Part shown: positions 59,113 through 64,000 of the stretch, piece by piece | Position numbering within the stretch: position 1 is the first letter of the stretch | Layout of the letters: each line of letters begins with the position of its first letter | Origin: an uncultured Candidatus Saccharibacteria bacterium | GTDB lineage: Bacteria > Patescibacteriota > Minisyncoccia > Phycocordibacterales > UBA12088 | Reading direction: 5' to 3' | DNA length: 64,000 nt | Assembly: GCA_964635195.1 (NCBI GenBank) | Contig: CAZWNC010000002.1 | Coordinates: 3,444 to 67,443 of the forward strand | Program-made: the position numbers and the translations under genes | The notes under the pieces: model-generated | Seen by the model: the letters and a program-made list of their open reading frames with translations, nothing else | Database searches by the model: none | What the model was told of the DNA's origin: nothing

Positions 59113-62100
59113 CTAGAATACTGGTACAACGATATACACCAGCTTACTCTCGTACAGACCTGCCGCTTGGCCGATATTTGCTCGAATGCGGTACACGATA
59201 TCAGTCGACTCCGCGGGAACAGGCCCGCCACTGTACGCCACCTCGGCAGCTGCATTGGAAAGAGCGGCAAACGTATCGGGCGCCAAAAAGCGTGTCGAAC
59301 CACCGGCGAGCGTGTTGTCCCCCGCATGGTAACCAAAGCAACTGGGAGCGAGCACTGCACATCCGCTACTCCAGCCTACCGGAGCGGCGTTGGTGCCGGT
59401 GATACCCTGTATGGTCTGGCCGGCACCTGCGGTCAACGGTTGTCGCTCGTAGGCGAACACCTGGTAGCCATTACTCGCATTGGTCGAAACCGTCAAACGC
59501 TGTGCGGCATTGAGGTCCGTCCCAAGGGAAAGAGACCCAAACGGAATAGAGAGTGCGGTCGTTGTAACGTCCATCACCACCCCTTCGGTCGAAGACCCGC
59601 TTGCAACACCACTTACCGTGAAAGTCACCTCACCGCTTGCAGACACAATCGACGGATAACTCCCGGGCACAGTCGAAGTACTGACCGGCGCGTCCGCGTT
59701 CACGTCATACACCCGGAAGTAGTAGACCTGCCCAACCGCAGCGTCCTTGTGCATCAACGTAAACTCATGTTCCTGTACCGCACCTGCAGGGAAAGAAACT
59801 CCGCTTGCGCCCCCACGATACAGAACGCCACTCGAGGTACCGAACGCAAAGTATCCCACCCCTTCATTTCCATGCGAACGCTCGCCATCATCTCGCTCAT
59901 CGATTGCAAAGAGAGTACTTTCACTCATGACCTCATCGTAGCGCACCCAACCACCCTCGGCACCATTGCGGGTCTGTTTACTTGCCACGAGACCCGGTAC
60001 ACGGGTAAACCAGTCGAAAGGAAACAGCTCTTGATACCACGGGGTGTTTGACCAACCCGAAACAACCACTCCGGTCGTCGTTGCGACGATAGGGGTACCG
60101 TTATTCTTGAACGCACCCCCCTCGATCGCCACCCAGCCATACGTTTCCGGCATCGTCGGCTCGTTTGTTTCGCCGTCGGGTACCTCCATTGAGCACGCGA
60201 AGTCGTTTGCTGTCACAAGCGCCTGCGACGCCGTGAGAAAGTCGGGGGTTCCCGTATTATTGTCTGTTTGGAGTGAGGTCAAGAGGATGGGTGCATCAGA
60301 GAATGTCTGCGTGAAGCTACAAGTATCGTCGGAAGCGCCTGAGACATCGCTCCCGTAGTAGTGCATGGTATCACGCGTTCCCACGTCCACACGCCTCCCG
60401 TCCGGCAAGAGGTGTGCTCCCCGTTCCATCACAACATACCCGACCGTCTCAGGTCCGTGTGAACCCACCTCATTGTCAGGCCGTATAATACGCACGGTCA
60501 CACTGTTCGTCGAAGTACCGGTAATACTTGCAACAGCCGGCCGATTACCTGCACCACCGCCACTATCGCCGGAAATAGCTTCGACGATAAACACCGGGTC
60601 ATCGTAGGTGTGCAAAAGTGAAATAGTGGTACCTGTGCCATCCACAGAAGTGGTGCCCACTTCTCCGATCACATCGGGCGAATACGTGTACTCGGTGTGT
60701 GTACCGCAGCCATCACCCACACCACCACTGCATGCATTGGCGGTAAGGACAACGTCTTGCACGGGCTCCCCTTCTTCACCCGCACCATTTGCCATACACC
60801 ACCGCGAGCCATACACACAGGTGTCTTGGTCGACCACATCGTACGCAACACTGAAATCAGACAGGGTCGAGTACTGGAGCTTGAACTTCACATTTGTCCC
60901 CGTTTTGCCCGCCACCTCAGCAAGGGTAACACGTAGCTTGAACACGTCACCCGGCCCCACTCCCGAAGGAGCCGTGTTCGTTGCAGCGAGGGGACTAACG
61001 GGAGTGAGTGATGTCTCGTCGTCAAAGAAACGCCAGTTGCCCTGTGTCACTTCGAAACCTGCCGTTGTAAGCGTTGGGTGGTAGGTGTACGTTGCAAACT
61101 CGCTCAAATCATCATTCACCATACGGAAACAGTACGCGGTCTTATCTGCCACACCGTTCGGGGTAAGCACCCAATCATACTCAACATCATCATTTATCCT
61201 CAGCTTGTAAGGATTCAATGATGTTCGTCCCGACTCCTCGTAGGTGCCCGCACGGTCCGCTACCGAAAGATTGAGATCGCCTCCGGTGGGGGGGTCGCCG
61301 GAGAGCGCTGTACCGGCAAGAGGTGAGGCGTTGTAACCGCGCCATATTGTGGTTGAAGCGCTGTCACCCACCTCATGCCATTCAGTGATGGCCCCGCACA
61401 CAGTAGTACGCACACCGTACTGTAGTCTAAAACGCTTCGTCTCACGCGAGACACTCGAGCCATGTACCAAAACGGACATGCGCAGACGCAATACGTCACC
61501 TTCGGTGGGAGGATCGTCGGAAAGTGTAATCGGCGCATATTCTCCCAAATTCCCCGCACCCGGTGGCCACGCGTCGGTGGGATCAAGCGCATCGTTGTTG
61601 TCGTACCATTGGTAAAAATTTTGTTCGAACGCAAGCTCGGCGGTCGGCCACTCCACCACTTCGGTCCGGTACGAACGAGCGGAACCGGTATCGGATATCC
61701 ACAATTCGTAGTGCGTCGTCGAGGCAATGGTCGCACCCATGATGGCTCGCGGGTGTGCAGTAGTGTTGCCGAGACCGATCATGTTCATAAAAATCGAGCT
61801 GTTCGAAAGTGCGGAAAGGGTGGTGCCAATCGGAATGGAATAAGTTGACGGTTCGACACCACCCGATGCTTGTGGGTTATTACTTCGCGTGACCTTCAGC
61901 GGACTCCCGTTCGTTTGGGTATTTTCGATCACCCACGCAACATGCACGTGGGTGTTCGCAGAGGCAGCGGTCGAAGGAATGTAGTACGACACCTGCCCCA
62001 CCGACGAAAGCCACACTTCGTGACCGAACTCATCAACCTGATTCACCCCAACACGCTTTTGAGTGTGTAGAAACGCGCGTGAAGCATCATTGACGGCCGT

Positions 62101-63999
62101 AATATTCTCCACCTCGGTGTTACCGGCGGTTGCGTGGGCGTGCTCCTTACGCTGTATCTTCCAGTTCGAGCCGGTAAATTCAACGACCGCATAACTCACG
62201 ACACTTGCAACCGATCCGGTGGTACCCCGCGTAAAAGTAGTGGTATCATCACCCGCATTCCACACAGCAGTGGAAATACCCGCATTGTAGTTTGTCGTAT
62301 TTGCAGCAGGGTTACGTTGTCCCGTGATGAACACCACAACATCCGCATCATCTACGACATCGGAAGCCGCTGACGTTGTTGCATAGAGCGACGTCGAAGT
62401 GTATGCGAGTGCTTCCTGCGCGCGGACCTTCATTTCATTGTCTCCGCCCGAAGGCCCAATATACTCCACAACCTCCCAGTACACACGCGTATTGTTTGTT
62501 GTCCCCGCTCGTGCAAATGTTACTCCGGTCATGAGGTCGCTCGGGTTCACGATGCTGACCGTTACATTACTCGCGTTTTGCGCACCACCACCACTGTTGG
62601 CACCCGCTCCCGTATACATGGCGTTCGTAATACGCACAAAGGCACTGGTGCTTGCTTTTGGTGCGACGTATTCGGCACCTGCGGTGATATTCACGGTAGA
62701 CGCGCCCGCTCCTATCGTACTTACTCCTCGTTGAATATAAAAATCCTGATTGGTGCGAACGGTCGCTTGTGGGTATGCATCATACGTTTCGAGCGGTGAG
62801 CCACCTGCCGTCAAACGGAAACAGTATGTCCCTCCGAACGCGGCATTTCCGGTCGGTTCAAGTGCATACTCAAGCTCGAGAAAATTCGTCGACAAAAGTG
62901 TGAGGGCTGAGGTCGTTGCAGTTGTATCGCGCACCCCGCCGTTTGGTGTCTTAAACGTTGTGTTTGAGTCGGTGACGCCACCCGTACCGACCCCAATGTT
63001 CGTCGTATCCGCACCATTAGTGAGGTAGGATGAGTCCGAGAGCGTCCATGCACCATTTACTGTTTCAATAGGTAACCATGCTCCTATCGCATCGCAGGTA
63101 CTTACCCGTTCAGCATACTCAAGCCCAAAAGAAGTGGGGAGACTTGGTGAGGAACCACCCTTTGATGCTTCGATGCGCAAGCGAATTGGCTCATTATGCA
63201 CCACACCGGATACGGGTGTGTCCTCAACCCCTCCCGTCGCTGAGGTGGCACCCGACTCACTTCCGTCGTCATTACGCCAGTGGTAGTGCGTCTGCGAGAT
63301 AAGTGCTTTCTCGATTGTGGTAGAACCGGTAATGGCAACTGGGGTGTTCGGATTGACCGTACCTGCGGACACCACCACTTCGCTACCCGGATTTGAAATT
63401 TCAACATCAATCGTGTCATTAGCAGATGCGCTCGTGTCCACATCAACAACCGCATACACACACATCGCGGACGTGGTCGAAATGCCAACCGAACCGCCAA
63501 AGTATGCCGAACCATCTGCACCCGAAAAGCTTGAGGAGGCGCTGCCGTACTGCGCTTCGTCACCACCATACGACACATCCGAACAATCGTACGGTGTCGT
63601 GGTACTCATCTCATACAAAAGGCGAACATTCGACAGATCGTTTTGCGCGTCCACCGACCCGTTCTCGGTAAGCGTGATGGCTGTCACGTTGCGTGAAGCC
63701 ACTTGATCCTCAATGAGGAACGCGCCACCAAGGTACTGACTGACCCCGGGCGACACAGCGGTTGTTGCTTGCGTTCCAACGGCGCTCACCATCACCGCCG
63801 CAGTCATCGTAGATTCACCATATATATTGTATGCAGGTAACGGGGTACCGGCATCCGTGACACGAAAACAGTAGGTCGTACCGTCGGTTGCTCCGGAGAG
63901 CGCCCGTATCGCATACTCGATCTCGACGAACTCCGTTTCGGCAAGCGTCACCCCTCCTGTCTGTGATGAGGTGTCCTTTACGGCGCCATTTGGTGTTTT
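59113..63999 (-). CDS. Second giant modular surface protein (5' part beyond the window) with C-terminal WxL/pilin-like domain
   Basis: Frame stays open to the window edge (KTPNGAVKDTSSQTGGVTLA...); repeated Q.HY.W.NDDG...YCFR modules, lectin-like repeats, C-terminus SIPFG...AQRLTVSTNASNGY...LYESKLVYIVVPVF. Confidence 0.88.
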   Translation of the reverse strand, partial: KTPNGAVKDTSSQTGGVTLAETEFVEIEYAIRALSGATDGTTYCFRVTDAGTPLPAYNIYGESTMTAAVMVSAVGTQATTAVSPGVSQYLGGAFLIEDQVASRNVTAITLTENGSVDAQNDLSNVRLLYEMSTTTPYDCSDVSYGGDEAQYGSASSSFSGADGSAYFGGSVGISTTSAMCVYAVVDVDTSASANDTIDVEISNPGSEVVVSAGTVNPNTPVAITGSTTIEKALISQTHYHWRNDDGSESGATSATGGVEDTPVSGVVHNEPIRLRIEASKGGSSPSLPTSFGLEYAERVSTCDAIGAWLPIETVNGAWTLSDSSYLTNGADTTNIGVGTGGVTDSNTTFKTPNGGVRDTTATTSALTLLSTNFLELEYALEPTGNAAFGGTYCFRLTAGGSPLETYDAYPQATVRTNQDFYIQRGVSTIGAGASTVNITAGAEYVAPKASTSAFVRITNAMYTGAGANSGGGAQNASNVTVSIVNPSDLMTGVTFARAGTTNNTRVYWEVVEYIGPSGGDNEMKVRAQEALAYTSTSLYATTSAASDVVDDADVVVFITGQRNPAANTTNYNAGISTAVWNAGDDTTTFTRGTTGSVASVVSYAVVEFTGSNWKIQRKEHAHATAGNTEVENITAVNDASRAFLHTQKRVGVNQVDEFGHEVWLSSVGQVSYYIPSTAASANTHVHVAWVIENTQTNGSPLKVTRSNNPQASGGVEPSTYSIPIGTTLSALSNSSIFMNMIGLGNTTAHPRAIMGATIASTTHYELWISDTGSARSYRTEVVEWPTAELAFEQNFYQWYDNNDALDPTDAWPPGAGNLGEYAPITLSDDPPTEGDVLRLRMSVLVHGSSVSRETKRFRLQYGVRTTVCGAITEWHEVGDSASTTIWRGYNASPLAGTALSGDPPTGGDLNLSVADRAGTYEESGRTSLNPYKLRINDDVEYDWVLTPNGVADKTAYCFRMVNDDLSEFATYTYHPTLTTAGFEVTQGNWRFFDDETSLTPVSPLAATNTAPSGVGPGDVFKLRVTLAEVAGKTGTNVKFKLQYSTLSDFSVAYDVVDQDTCVYGSRWCMANGAGEEGEPVQDVVLTANACSGGVGDGCGTHTEYTYSPDVIGEVGTTSVDGTGTTISLLHTYDDPVFIVEAISGDSGGGAGNRPAVASITGTSTNSVTVRIIRPDNEVGSHGPETVGYVVMERGAHLLPDGRRVDVGTRDTMHYYGSDVSGASDDTCSFTQTFSDAPILLTSLQTDNNTGTPDFLTASQALVTANDFACSMEVPDGETNEPTMPETYGWVAIEGGAFKNNGTPIVATTTGVVVSGWSNTPWYQELFPFDWFTRVPGLVASKQTRNGAEGGWVRYDEVMSESTLFAIDERDDGERSHGNEGVGYFAFGTSSGVLYRGGASGVSFPAGAVQEHEFTLMHKDAAVGQVYYFRVYDVNADAPVSTSTVPGSYPSIVSASGEVTFTVSGVASGSSTEGVVMDVTTTALSIPFGSLSLGTDLNAAQRLTVSTNASNGYQVFAYERQPLTAGAGQTIQGITGTNAAPVGWSSGCAVLAPSCFGYHAGDNTLAGGSTRFLAPDTFAALSNAAAEVAYSGGPVPAESTDIVYRIRANIGQAAGLYESKLVYIVVPVF

Positions 64000-64000
64000 G

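Noticed and set aside
59020-60051. 343-aa plus-strand ORF
   Set aside because: Antisense to the conserved C-terminal domain of giant 2; Arg/Cys-rich shadow composition.
1-64000. CRISPR array, tRNA/rRNA genes, DGR or prophage
   Set aside because: No spaced direct repeats, tRNA/rRNA signatures, reverse transcriptase, near-identical TR/VR pair or phage genes recognised by eye; tRNAscan and Infernal were not run.

Overview
Bacterial DNA (standard code 11) whose gene content suggests a Patescibacteria/CPR (Parcubacteria-like) genome; this assignment is an inference. Bases 1-17.4 kb hold housekeeping genes: rpiB (partial), gap, RNase J, CorA, an MFS transporter, a minimal dcw cluster (mraZ-rsmH-ftsL-like-ftsI) with visible MraZ boxes, a short RelA/SpoT, ABC-F, NUDIX, ROK kinase and pterin dehydratase. 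An intact IS30 follows (17714-18791, 25-bp inverted repeats, CCA target duplication). About 31 kb (20.2-51.1 kb) is one co-oriented minus-strand cell-surface locus. It encodes three membrane-anchored DUF916/WxL-interacting-like paralogues, a secreted WxL/pilin-like protein, a dockerin protein sharing that protein's N-terminal domain, an Hsp20, a membrane-anchored cohesin protein and a 6783-aa modular adhesin-like protein. A second giant protein (59113 to beyond 64000) ends in the same C-terminal domain as the WxL/pilin-like protein. Together these look like an uncharacterised chaperone-assisted, cohesin-dockerin-tethered fibre/adhesin system. Non-coding signals: -10 boxes 6-8 nt from ATGs (leaderless mRNAs), DnaA-box motifs upstream of several promoters, a dispersed 36-38 bp palindrome family and two candidate structured RNAs. 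All domain calls come from reading motifs by eye, not from database searches.
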